DNA of 60,860 nt, the filler included, from Dimargaris cristalligena (Eukaryota): the NCBI GenBank assembly GCA_003614675.1. It is 11 parts of 11 records of this genome, joined end to end, with 100 filler letters (N's around TTAATTAATTAA, not from the genome) between each part and the next. Parts side by side here need not be neighbours in the genome. Positions count along the whole stretch, not along the records: positions 33,415 to 38,863 come from ML003632.1; positions 38,964 to 44,401 come from ML003633.1; positions 44,502 to 49,933 come from ML003634.1; positions 50,034 to 55,459 come from ML003635.1; 7 more parts are not named here. One strand, written 5' to 3'. The notes beneath the pieces are model-generated. The model had not been told where the DNA came from and did no database searches. It saw only the letters and a list, made by a program, of their open reading frames with translations. Every line of letters begins with the position of its first letter. Within the stretch, counting starts at the first letter, position 1. This document shows positions 38,550 to 50,564 of this stretch, piece after piece. The translations under genes and the position numbers were made by a program.

Positions 38550-38863
38550 ATGTCGCTCCCCCAAGCGAAGCGCCAGCGCACGAAGGGCCAGTCCGGCGAT
38601 TCCCCACCGACCGTTGATCCCATTGCCACTAGTCCACAGTCGTCCCCATCCCCTGAACCGACGGCGGCCGCCTCTGCGCCCCCACCAGCGAACTACAGCA
38701 CGCTTTACCTCGATTCCGTTAACCGGCGCCTGCTCGACTTTGATTTCGAAAAGGTGTGCTCCGTGTCCCTGCTGCATCAGAATGTGTACGCCTGCCTCGT
38801 GTGTGGCAAGTATTTCCAGGGCCGCAGCAAGGCGTCGCATGCCTACTTCCACAGCATCAACCA
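38550..38863 (+). CDS. SAD1: Sad1/USP39 tri-snRNP protein, 3'-partial (ZnF-UBP)
   Basis: YLDSVNRRLLDFDFEKVCSVSL...NVYACLVCGKYFQGR...HAYFHS. Confidence 0.93.
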
Positions 38864-38963
38864 NNNNNNNNNNNNNNNNNNNNNNNNNNNNNNNNNNNNN
38901 NNNNNNNTTAATTAATTAANNNNNNNNNNNNNNNNNNNNNNNNNNNNNNNNNNNNNNNNNNNN

Positions 38964-39647
38964 ATACTCCCCCTTGCTGCCACCTCTTGGAACAGCAAGT
39001 CTATCATCACCTTTCCCTTTTTATCACCTATCTTTTTGAATAAAGTTCAGTTTTCAAGGATTTGAGTTTAGTTCTTTACAGAGGGTATCCATTTGGAGCA
39101 GATTGGTTATTGAGGTAGTTTGCATCAAGGGAATTTTCTATTTGGAGGAGTTTCATGATGTTTCTGGTACTTATAGCCCACTCAGTCTGGCCAATGAATT
39201 ATCTTAACCTATTAATATCTAATTGACTTATACAGTAGAAGGTCTTGGATAATGATGGGTTCTTGGTGTGGGGTACTGGAATTGTACTACTATCTGTGTT
39301 GTCAAAACTAACATGGGGACCATGGGTAAAAAAGATAGTATCTTTATAGTCAAGTTTGGGATCATTTTCTACAGAGACACAGGCTAGGGAGAGAAAGGCC
39401 AGTGCAAGGCTGGCCATTTGACATATATGCATTTGAAAATAGCCACTTAAGATTAATCAATTAAGGCAAAGGGTGAAGGGGTAATGGCTAAGTCAGAAAT
39501 GATAAAAAAAGACCAGTGAACTAATTGAAGTAAGTAAAGGTAACAATGCTTAACAGTAGATACATTAGGAGAGAGGGTGTGTGCAAAAGCAAAAAAAGAG
39601 GAGTGTCAATGTCTATATATATATATAGTCTGACCCAAAAGTTTTGT
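38964..39647 (+). repeat. Left arm of a 684-bp inverted duplication (contains a family 2 LTR end and most of the mariner left TIR)
   Basis: Reverse complement of 43718-44401. The same 77-aa ORF appears in both arms. Confidence 0.95.
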
Positions 39648-40933
39648 TACTGTGGCTGCAATATTAGTTTCACATGTGCCATCTATTAATGTGAAACAGT
39701 TTTAAATCGGTAAATAAAAACTCTATTATGTGGGAAAATTTGAAAGCTCTAACATTTTTAGTTTTTTTACTACACTATTTTTCCTAAGTCAATTTTTCCT
39801 ACCTCATTATGTATTCAAAATTAGAAATTTGATCAAATATTAGGATCTGTTATAAGCTCAGAAAAAGTGCCAATGAGACCCTAGAGATAATCCAAAATAT
39901 CCATAGGGATGGTGGTGTGACTCTTAAGACTATTTTCCATTGGTTTGTGAATTTTAAAGAAGGCCAGGAAGATATCAAGGATAGCTACCATTCAGGATAC
40001 CCAAAGGAAGGGTGTAGCAAGTAATACATCCAAATAGTCACCAATATCCTGAAAACCAACTGGTAGATAACCACCTGATTGCTTGAGGATATAACTGGAA
40101 TACCTAGGTCTACTATCAATAGGATTCTGATTGAGGATTTACATCTGAAAAAGATCTGCACCTGGTTTGTCCCCCACTAGCTAACTAATAACTAAATGAT
40201 GTCTAGAGTGGATTACAGCTTAGACATAAATAAAATGGGTGAAAATAACCAAAACTTTAGCAGAAGTATTATTACTGGTGATGAGACTTGGTGCTTCCAA
40301 TATGAGCCATCAACAAAATGTAATGGCTCTGAGTGGGTAGGTACTGAAGATCTAAGACTAAAGTAATCACACCTTCTGCTGAGACAAATCAAGACTTTGC
40401 TCATTGTTTTCTTTGGCTCCAAGGGGATTATCTACAAGGAATTTACTCCCCAAGGCCAAACAGTTACTGGTCATTACTACCTGGGAGTCTTAGCATGCCT
40501 ACTGGCAAGGATCAACCATGTAAGGCCAGAGTACAAGAAGTAAGGATCCTGGAGTCTCCTCCAGAATAATATACCTATACATAAGTGTAAAATTATCTGG
40601 GCATATTTAGCTAAAAGAGGTATGGTAGTACTTGACTACCCACTGTATTCACCTGATCTAGCCCCAGCTGACTTCTGGCTATTCCCAAAACTTAAACTGG
40701 CTATGAAAGGGGAGTGTTATAGCTCCATATAGGACATCCAAGATACTGTGACCAACATCCTAAAGGGTATCTCGAAGGATGGGTTTCTAAGCTACTTCCA
40801 CTCATTATTTAGGTGATTCCAGTGGTATATTAATAAAAAAGGACCTTATTTTGAATAAACAGAAAAAAAAGTAAGTACCTTAAACCATTTTCATTTTAGA
40901 GCACTAGTGACAAAACTTTTGGGTCAGACCGTG
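39624..40933 (+). mobile_element. Full-length (1310 bp) inactivated mariner transposon
   Basis: 28-bp TIRs (CACGGTCTGACCCAAAAGTTTTGTCACT; left copy mutated) flanked by TA. Confidence 0.93.
39809..40858 (+). pseudogene. Mariner DD34D transposase pseudogene
   Basis: FVPH*L, IITGDETWCFQYEP, QNNIPIH (decayed HDNAxxH) and YSPDLAPADFWLF. 1050 bp with multiple in-frame stops. Confidence 0.93.
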
Positions 40934-42206
40934 TATATGTATGTGTGTGTATGTGTGGTGTTTACCGGAATATGTATGGGCTTGAGACTAGTGAATAAAA
41001 AAACCCTTAGAAATTCCACAGTCACATTGTGGATCATTAAATGTACCAATACTTTGATGATTAGATCTATGGCAGGTCTATTTTATTCAACAGAGTTGGT
41101 ACAAGCGCATACTAACGGGGAAATGAATTGGGGCAGACTCTATTAGCAAAACAAAAATGTTCTCTCTAAAGTCCAGTTTGACCTTGGCCAGGGAAAGACC
41201 AGTGTCAACATGGGAGGGGGGAGTCCATTCAAGTGACACATGTATCTCGTATGTAACAAAACCAGCCATTGAGTAGTCGAATAAGACATCATGATGGGAG
41301 TTGTCCAATCTAGCTATGTAAGGTTTTCAATAATATATATAGGGGGAAAGTGGGTAAAAAAAAACATTAGCCTGTAATATCTACCTTGCAGTGGCCCACT
41401 CCACCGATAACAGAGCTATTACAATAATTAACCAGCAATATATAATTTGCCCCCGTCGGTTATTATCAAAACCAACTGCCACCGCCTAGTTCCGGGAGAG
41501 CCCTCTTACACCAGCATTCCCTTATCAATAAACCGATTAACAATCCTCCCATTTTGCCCTGCTTGAACGTAACAGTATCATCCAAAGGATATTTTTTTTT
41601 CGTTATACAGCCCAGCTGAACCTCTCCCATTTAGATTATTAGAGAAACTGGAACTCGTGGCCCCATCATTATTGTACTTTAAGGGAAGTGCTTTCCCAAA
41701 AGGTGAGTGCTGTCTGCACCAGTCAATATCCGTAGTTCTTTAGAAGTGGGTGAGGGAGAGGGCGCCCCACCATTTCATTTGTAGCCCAAGTTCAATTAGA
41801 ATATCTTGCGTTTTCAAGCTGATGGGGTCCGCTAGACTTCCCCGGACTAAATTAATGTTGTCGTGAAAAGAGAAATGGACCGACCATGGCAAAAGTTCAA
41901 GGCAATTTCGAGGCATATTTATTCACAGTACAAGTCAAAGAAGTATATGCAACCAGAACAGTATGTGTGCATATGGTAACTTGACTATAATTCATATCTA
42001 AGCTGGTTCTAGGGGTTGGTAATGGTGGTCAATTCCAATATATATATATATATATATAGTAAAGTAAAATAAAATAAAAATAAAAATAAAAAAGAGCATA
42101 GCAACGCAGGTCACCGTTGATTGATAAGAGTAGATGCAGGAAGCTGGCAAATACACAAAACCAAATGAATTTGGCAAAGTCGGGCCAACAAGCTACTTTC
42201 CCCCAT

Positions 42207-43579
42207 TTAGTCATCGATAAACTCATGGGGCAGCGTGAACGTGTCCTTGTGCTGTTCGTACCGGCGATTGGCCTCAATGTACTTCATCAGATCGGCATAG
42301 GTGCGCGGAATCACGCGGGGAGCCGACTGGTCTTCGGCCATTTTAAATGTCAAGTGGAATACATTGGTCGTGACTCGAGTCCGGGAGGAGGGACTGATGA
42401 CATCCGCCGTCACCTGGTCGCGTCGAAAATTGGGGATAAAAAATTAATTTGGTATATCCAGGAAAGTAGTCCACAAAAACAAAGGGTTAGAGAACTTAAA
42501 CGTGAGCTTGGCAATGGCTGTTTTACTTAGCCACTGATTGTACTCCATATGTGGAGTTGGACAGGCGAAAGAGCATAATTGATTGATTCCATAAGGGATA
42601 GTAGTATATTCCCGACACGCATAATGTTCAGCCTAATAACACCATGGCAGTAATCAGCAATCCTTTTAAATAGAAAACTTACCGATACTTCAAAGCTGGC
42701 GCCGGGAAGACCTGACGAATAGGTGACCTGGGCGGCAAGGTTAAGCATAGAGCCGATGGGAACAGGCATCTTAAACGCAATGTCGTCAATGGCTAATAAG
42801 CGCGGGATCTGTCTAGAGAACAGGTGGGCCTCGGCGAAAGAGAGCTCCAAGGCCAGACGCATCAAGTAGCCACCAAAGATTTTTCCGTGGACGTTTTGGT
42901 CCTAGTTATTGAGCCGGATTGCCCAAAAATAGAGCGTCAAAGACACGTTAATAAGCGGGAGGGATACTCCTATTAGTGATCATCGGTATATTTTAGAAGG
43001 TACATCTCTGCATTGGGCTCATTCGAATACGATTTAAGTAAATAGGTAATAATTAATTGTGATATATGTTTTACCTCGGGCATCGTCACGATAAATGACT
43101 CGATTTTGGTGGCATCTGCCCATACAACATTATCGGGTTTCTTTGACGAAACAAATCGGTGTTCTACGGATAGGTAGGGCATGTGGTTAGGGAGTAACCG
43201 GTCGTTTGAGTGGAATGCAAGGGGAGGTGCTAGAATGCATGGATGACCAGGGGTTGACTGTACGGCTTGTTGGTATGATACAGTAGACACGCTGGGACTT
43301 ACCGGTGTACTCGTTGGATTCTAAATATAGTTTATGCATTAGCTCGCGTTCCTCGGCAGACGGGGGTACTTTAAGGAGTGAATGCTCCGCCCGCTGGATT
43401 TTGCGGCGTCGGAGGTCATCGGCGATAGCGGAGATACGTTTCTCCTTTTCCGTGTGGAGGAGCAGCGGGTTGATTTTGGCTTTCTTCTGGGTTTCTTTGT
43501 CCCGCGCCGCCATAGTGAAATGGGCAGCTAGGGCCAACTCCTTGGTCGCAGAGGCACCTTCACCCGATAGCGCCTCCAC
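42207..43579 (-). CDS. Hotdog-fold acyl-CoA thioesterase (ACOT9-like), 5'-partial; exons ~43579-43303, 43163-43075, 42901-42683, 42413-42207
   Basis: AHFTMAARD, PPSAEERELMH, NVHGKIFGGYLMRLALEL and TTNVFHLTF...VIPRTYAD; GT-AG introns. Confidence 0.88.
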
Positions 43580-43717
43580 CTTGAGATAGACTAATTCGGG
43601 GGATAAGGGGCATGCAAGTAGAGGGGGAGATGTTGTTCCCAAAATTTAAATGTAAATATTGTTAATAGGCGTTGGGGTGTAAATAGTTTCATTCCCAAAG
43701 TTATTGAGCCCTATCAT

Positions 43718-44401
43718 ACAAAACTTTTGGGTCAGACTATATATATATATAGACATTGACACTCCTCTTTTTTTGCTTTTGCACACACCCTCTCTCCTAA
43801 TGTATCTACTGTTAAGCATTGTTACCTTTACTTACTTCAATTAGTTCACTGGTCTTTTTTTATCATTTCTGACTTAGCCATTACCCCTTCACCCTTTGCC
43901 TTAATTGATTAATCTTAAGTGGCTATTTTCAAATGCATATATGTCAAATGGCCAGCCTTGCACTGGCCTTTCTCTCCCTAGCCTGTGTCTCTGTAGAAAA
44001 TGATCCCAAACTTGACTATAAAGATACTATCTTTTTTACCCATGGTCCCCATGTTAGTTTTGACAACACAGATAGTAGTACAATTCCAGTACCCCACACC
44101 AAGAACCCATCATTATCCAAGACCTTCTACTGTATAAGTCAATTAGATATTAATAGGTTAAGATAATTCATTGGCCAGACTGAGTGGGCTATAAGTACCA
44201 GAAACATCATGAAACTCCTCCAAATAGAAAATTCCCTTGATGCAAACTACCTCAATAACCAATCTGCTCCAAATGGATACCCTCTGTAAAGAACTAAACT
44301 CAAATCCTTGAAAACTGAACTTTATTCAAAAAGATAGGTGATAAAAAGGGAAAGGTGATGATAGACTTGCTGTTCCAAGAGGTGGCAGCAAGGGGGAGTA
44401 T
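43718..44401 (-). repeat. Right arm of the 684-bp inverted duplication
   Basis: Reverse complement of 38964-39647. Confidence 0.95.
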
Positions 44402-45225
44402 NNNNNNNNNNNNNNNNNNNNNNNNNNNNNNNNNNNNNNNNNNNNTTAATTAATTAANNNNNNNNNNNNNNNNNNNNNNNNNNNNNNNNNNNNNNNNNNN
44501 NATGTAAGGACAAGCTGAGAGCAACCATATGCGCTCCGCTATACCGAAAAAGTCCAGAGTGAGGAACCCATTTGATTAAACTGCACTATCCGATTCGAGT
44601 TGATTGTGAGTACCTGGCCTCTATTGGCCAATGCAGTTCAAGGCGACGAGGGAATCGAATATGGTCGATGGCATACTCAGGGGACCAACCCTAAGTCGGA
44701 CTGTCCCAAGATAGGGGCTTCTCCAAATAGCTCATAAGCTCAAGGGTTCTACATTAGCCCGGGCCAGACAGGCAGGGTCGAGTCCCTGGGGGCGGGGAGA
44801 GGAGCGTACCAGGGACTCCTAAGGGCCAGCTCGTATCAATAATTACTCCATTTTCACAGTACAAAATATGTTGGGCCCGAATATGCCAGATTTTGACTAC
44901 CTTATTGGTGATTTTTATGGGATGCCGCGCTCTAACTAGACCTTCAAAATGGCATTTTACTGTAAAAACCGTGCCCCTTGAAGAGATGGGTACCGGATAT
45001 GACGGCCCCTTCCCCGGTCCTTGGGCAATTAAGCATTCGCCAGCAGTCCAGTCGAACATTTGGCATTTTTTTTTTGGAGCAGTCGATATCGATCACGATG
45101 CACATAAATGTAAAACTATAAATAGTGCCAAGTTCCTGTCCTCTTCTAAAAAATTATCATCACATCCATCTCCTTCTCACCCAGAACTCCCAGCTCTTTC
45201 CTTCCCCTCCCCCCAACCCATCACC

Positions 45226-45450
45226 ATGCAGTCCCACGCCCAAACCACTACCGCCGCTGCCCAGCCCACCGCTCAAGCCACCATGAGCCACGATGCTCCT
45301 CATGGTCTGCCCTTCCCCATCCCCGCCCGCCTCAAGCTCTTCTGGGCCCTGGCTAAGCGTTTCCTTAAGCCTTGCCTGAAGAAGGTCGTTGAGATCCTCC
45401 GCGGGGTTATCAAGCGCGTTGGGAACACCCCCGCCGCCCACCACGCTTAA
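45226..45450 (+). CDS. Small 74-aa protein with a cationic amphipathic helix
   Basis: TATAAATA at ~45117, pyrimidine-rich leader, ATCACCATG context and strongly C/G-ending codons. Confidence 0.72.
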   Translation: MQSHAQTTTAAAQPTAQATMSHDAPHGLPFPIPARLKLFWALAKRFLKPCLKKVVEILRGVIKRVGNTPAAHHA

Positions 45451-46499
45451 ATACCAATCGGCCCCCCTTCCTCGATCTGAACTCCCTGACTGGCTTCATT
45501 AACCTTGTACAATGGTCTATTTTTGGCTTGGTAATTTGGTTCTGGGGCCCATATATGGTAATGATTTATTCGTATAGGGGAGTTGAAGCCCTGTCGAGGT
45601 CAATGGCTGTGTGGAGTAGTACACTTATTGGGGGAAAGCGCCATCCAGTAGGGCCAAGGCATCACCCCGACCCTTGTCGTGGCCATAATCTGGAATATCT
45701 AAATTAGTTTGTTTTAAGTTGCTAGTTTTGCCGGTCAGTATAACATGGCTCTTGGCGAAGGCCATTGCACCAACTGGCACCGTGAGCTGTGACCCAGCCA
45801 TATAATCCCTCAATTGATACGACGGGGTAACCTGACTGTCGGAAAAAAAATATACCAGCTTTACTAGATTACCACAGGTACTTTATGGCTCCCCTAGCTA
45901 TTTAACCAATAAACTCCATACTTGGCCGCTCTACTTTTAACTCTAGCTTAGGAGAAACTACTTGCCAGCTCCGTTGCCAATAACAGCTGAAGGATGCGAT
46001 GGAGGGTGGGAGGTGGCCCCTCTCGGACTACTCCTAGCCTCATAGGTAGCCTAATTGGACCCGGTCTAGTTACACGGGGAAGATGGTGGAACTGGTGAGA
46101 GGGCCAGTGAAATATAATGCTGTACAACATGGAGTGAATGGAAGATTTTTTCAATGGCAACCTTAGGTAGTGGCTTTTCCTGCCCCGCCTCCAGTCTATA
46201 AACCGGTCCTATATAAATCCGGCAATTCTGGATAGTGGGGTTATCGCCAATAACACAAAAAATATATATATACAACATGCGTCATTGTAATAACACTGCA
46301 GTTTAATATTATACGGGGCCGTTTGCGGTAGTTCAACAATGACTCGTGAAACTCTGCTCCCCCTTTTTTATAGCCAGAATTATATAAATAGTCGATGGTG
46401 GAATCTCTGATGACCAATTCTCGAGACTATCCCCATTTTAGTTGTTTTTTTCACTTATTCAGCCTATAACCACTTCCCTTGACGAGAATTAATTTCATC

Positions 46500-48188
46500 A
46501 TGCGATTTATTATCGTTGGGTTTACATCATTATTCATGGCGATGGCCTTGGCCTTGGCGACTACCGTGCGCGCGGGCAGGCTTTACGACCTACTGTTTGG
46601 CTCTTCAGCCAAAAAGACCAATCTCCAAGATCTCCCCACGGAAATTAAACAGCTTATATGGCAAAATCTAGAGGACAAGGATTTGGCGAACACCCGACAA
46701 ATCAATCACCATTTCAAAGCCATATCCGACTTTACTCGGAAAAAGTATCTTGCCGAGGTAAGTTATCCAGGAGGAGTAGATTGTTAATAGTATAATACAT
46801 ATAATGGTTCTACCTAGTTCAACTAGGCTATATAATGAAAAATCCGTTGGATAAGGCAAACGTTACTGTTTGAAAATGAATCTCCTGCTGATTTTCCCCT
46901 ACATATATCAGTTAAGACCTTATACAGCCGGGTCGAAGTTCGCCCATACGCTAGTCTCATTTATGGTGGCTTCGAGAGCTGCCCCATAGTATGCCCCCAC
47001 TAAACATACCCCCAACTGAACTATTTTATCTATCATCTGGAAATACCCCTCAAAATTACTGTGGTATAGGCCCTGCGATTATTCCGCGAATTCACTGGCA
47101 ATACCCAGGGCCCAAAGGCAACATCTACCCAGACTCGAGTCAACCTTTGGTTTAAGATCAGCCAGACCGAGTTGGTGAGCCACGCCATGGAGGTCATTTA
47201 CCGAACCTGGCTATTAAAACAATTCAAACCCACTCTATTACCCAATCACGTGTCGGTGGCCACCTACGAGCAATTTCTGGAACACAGCATTAAAGATACG
47301 GCGCTCCTTCCAAGTTCCTGGCCTTCTGTGGTTCTGGGCGAGCTGGAGGATACCCACCTGGCCCGGTCGTTCCCCATACTCTATATGGCCAGGCATGGTC
47401 ACATTGATCTTCTGGTTGCCGCAATCTGTCACTTTTGGACCGACAAGGAACTGCAGCAACTCATCAGCGACCAAGTACTAGACCAACTCCCAACTAACTT
47501 TCAGCGAATGCTGGGTGATACTTTCCAGGCCGATTCGCAAGTCGAACGACTGGCTTTGGTGAAAGATACCTTTCACGATATGACTATTGCCGTGGTCGAT
47601 GCCCTTGTTAATCAGCCTAAAATGCCCCACGTTCGGGGTTTTATAGAGAAACTACACGCACGTATTTTTCCGTTCCCTGCCCAGCCTGGTGTTCCGGATC
47701 ACCCAAAGCGGGTTTTTAATCGGATTTTTCGGTTTACGCTATTCCGGTTAGCCGAGCATAGCCAAAGAGATATTATAAGCCAACTCAACCAACTGGTACA
47801 GTTGCCAGTCCAGACAGCTAAGCGTATGCTCACATGCACTCTCTCCATGGGCTGGTACCAGGCTTTCGCTACACTCCAGCAGGCCCTAACCAATATTACT
47901 AATGGAGATGCCCCTGTCGAACACGCCGATTCATCAGGTTGCGCCCACTTCCTTTACAACACCAATGTTTTCCAATACCGTCAGGGCCAGTTCGCAGCTC
48001 GAGTAGCGGTCCAACAATTCGGTGAGCTAGTGCCAGTTTCGAAATACGTCCTTTTCACACGTCCTCGTGACGTTATAGAACCTGGCCGAATTCCGTTAGA
48101 CTACATTTTCTTCGATATAGTTGGCCATGCACCCTATCGTGCTGTGCCCATTTTAGTAGCATATGCTCGTCATATTTTCCGATTATAA
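46500..48188 (+). CDS. Putative secreted F-box protein, ~458 aa; exons 46500-46757 and 47070-48188
   Basis: Signal peptide MRFIIVGFTSLFMAMALALATTVRA; F-box NLQDLPTEIKQLIWQNLEDKDLANTRQINHHFKAIS; a phase-0 GTAAGT...TAG intron joins it in frame to the 338-aa ORF; TATATAAATA upstream. Confidence 0.8.
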
Positions 48189-49055
48189 TGGGCGAACTAT
48201 GAATGCGGATTTATATGGGAAGACTCGAATTTTTTTGACTAACCATCCTTTATCAAAAAAATCAAATACTAGAAGAGAGTTTTGGCTGTCCTCGGTACGC
48301 CCGCTTAAATTACATACACCTTAATCACTAATCCCATTGGGGCAAGGTAGTGAAAAAAAATAATAAATAATGGATATGGGTTCCCACAAGTACTGGTCTC
48401 GCCAACCCAGCAAATCAGGTTGGCTTTATAAGACGGGTTAGGGGCCCAAATTGGGTAATCTTCGTATTTATTAAACAGGTTGTTTTGAGTTGTTGCCCTT
48501 GCTCCTTGCCATTGGTCGGTGGTTGGTGCCTCTCACTTCGGTGGGGGGGTTTTCCGGCCACTGTCGCTGGGCGGGTAGTTTTCACTCGGGTGTCTCTATC
48601 CCAACCTCAGAATAACGGGGGCAGGACTCGTATGAGACTGTTTCCAATTCCTTCTATCCTTAGCAGTCGGCTGGTATTTCTGGTGCAGGTTTGGTCTGTC
48701 GAAAGGCGGCCAACTTTTCCGGGGTTAGCTAACCTGTTTAACTAGGAGGAGACACTCTTTCATTATCTATATTTATATAAAAAAGGCTACAGAAAACTCA
48801 TATACGCTGCCATTGTCGTGCTGTAATATCTCCAGAAGCCCTGGTCTATTTAATTTTTGGTTGGCCGAATTGTGAATAACAGGATGGCCTACAAGAACCA
48901 AGTGGCCTATTGACTATAGACATGATATCTAAGCCTGCCATTGTTACTTAGGAAATAGCTGGGCATATCTATAGTACCCCACAACTCCTAAAAGTAGAGC
49001 TGCTTTTTTTATATATAAATTGAAAAGGTTCACATTGCTCATCATCTCATGGCCT

Positions 49056-49135
49056 TTTAACCACCCAACTTCATAGTACCCTTTACCACCCAACTTCATA
49101 GTACCTTTTACCACCCAACTTCATAATACCATTTA
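49056..49135 (+). repeat. Minisatellite, 3 x 25 bp
   Basis: Unit TTTACCACCCAACTTCATAGTACCY. Confidence 0.9.
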
Positions 49136-50033
49136 TCAAGGTTGCAATTAGTTCGCTGCATCCGAAAATAAACCAATGCTTGACTGAGGAATTTCTAAAG
49201 TGCGAGAAAGGCTGTGGGCGGCCCGGTTTGCTTCCCTGAGAAATTCTAGGCAATTGTTCTACGTTAGCGACCCGAGAGTCCGGCAGAACCGGTTAGGCAC
49301 ATTATTTTGGGCAGCCATTCAGCTTCGGTATTGCCCAGGCGAGAGAACCCAAATATTATAGTCTCATTCGTTCTTCTGGACCGGCACAACTCCAGATATG
49401 GGGTACATTCCTTTGTGGGGTATTAGGGTGCCTCTCCTTTCCTTTAATATCTATAGGAAATGGGTTGTCGATGGAGAAAGCGGTGGGTCTCTATAGCTTT
49501 ACTGGATTTCCTTGAATGCCACCCTCTTTTTTTTATTATTTTTTTACACCCCATTACCCTCCCCCCTCGTCCCCTTTCGATTGTAGCAGAGGGGTGGTTA
49601 AACAGGTAAAGGGGGCGGCAACATTGTTTTACAAGTGGATCATTGCTGCCTTTCACGTAAACTTAGATTGCCCAATTAGACTAGCGGTCAAAGGGAATCA
49701 TCGTTGTCTGCGGTACTCCGATTGCCAACCGCTTGATTGTAAAGGCCTACCGGATCACTTAGTGGCGGACGAACGAGGCCATTCCTACATATTGATAGTC
49801 CCGCCCACTTCCCCAAAAATCGGCGATAAGCTATATCTGATCATAAGGATTGCCTGGAGCATGCGGCTCTCCCCATATAGCCTTGCCGGTATCATTTAGT
49901 TGGTATCGACCCACCCACCCACCCCCCCCCCTTNNNNNNNNNNNNNNNNNNNNNNNNNNNNNNNNNNNNNNNNNNNNTTAATTAATTAANNNNNNNNNNN
50001 NNNNNNNNNNNNNNNNNNNNNNNNNNNNNNNNN

Positions 50034-50564
50034 TACCAACTATAGGTACACCCGTCTCGAAGATACAGGGTGTAAATGCAAAAAGTTCTATATGGTTTTA
50101 TTGAGCCAAAGTAAAGCTATAATGTTGCAGACTAGCGACCACGGTTGCTGGTCTATCTGCAATTAAAGTAAGAGGTCGCTAAGGGATTAGGGCTGGGCCG
50201 CGGGGTGGGATATTGGGGTTCAACGTTGCGGCGAACTAGGGGCTGTTCAGGATTAAGTCCCGATTTTGAGGATTAAATGGATACCGAGATTTCGGGGCGA
50301 AATCAAGTCGGTGAAGAGATACGGATAGCAGCAACGGCTACAATGAGGTTATGGAAGAGCAAAGGCAACTGTATCGCAAACACGGTTTTAGAAGGGCAAG
50401 AATGGGTTTAAATGCAAAAGGTGAGGTGGGGGGACTTGATGGAGATGGAAACAGGCTATGTTGGGTAAAACGGGTATCAAAAACCAGAACTGCAGATCCA
50501 CAAAGTGCTGCTATATTTTTAAATATATATTGCAAATAGCAGGACCTTGCTAATGACATTAGGT
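50034..50564 (+). repeat. 531-bp repeat, copy A
   Basis: Apparently identical to 54918-55448 and to the reverse complement of 52257-52787. Confidence 0.95.

Noticed and set aside
50338..50559. 73-aa and 62-aa ORFs seen three times, and a 77-aa ORF seen twice (39199, 43933)
   Set aside because: They recur only because the DNA is duplicated; no motif or codon bias supports coding.
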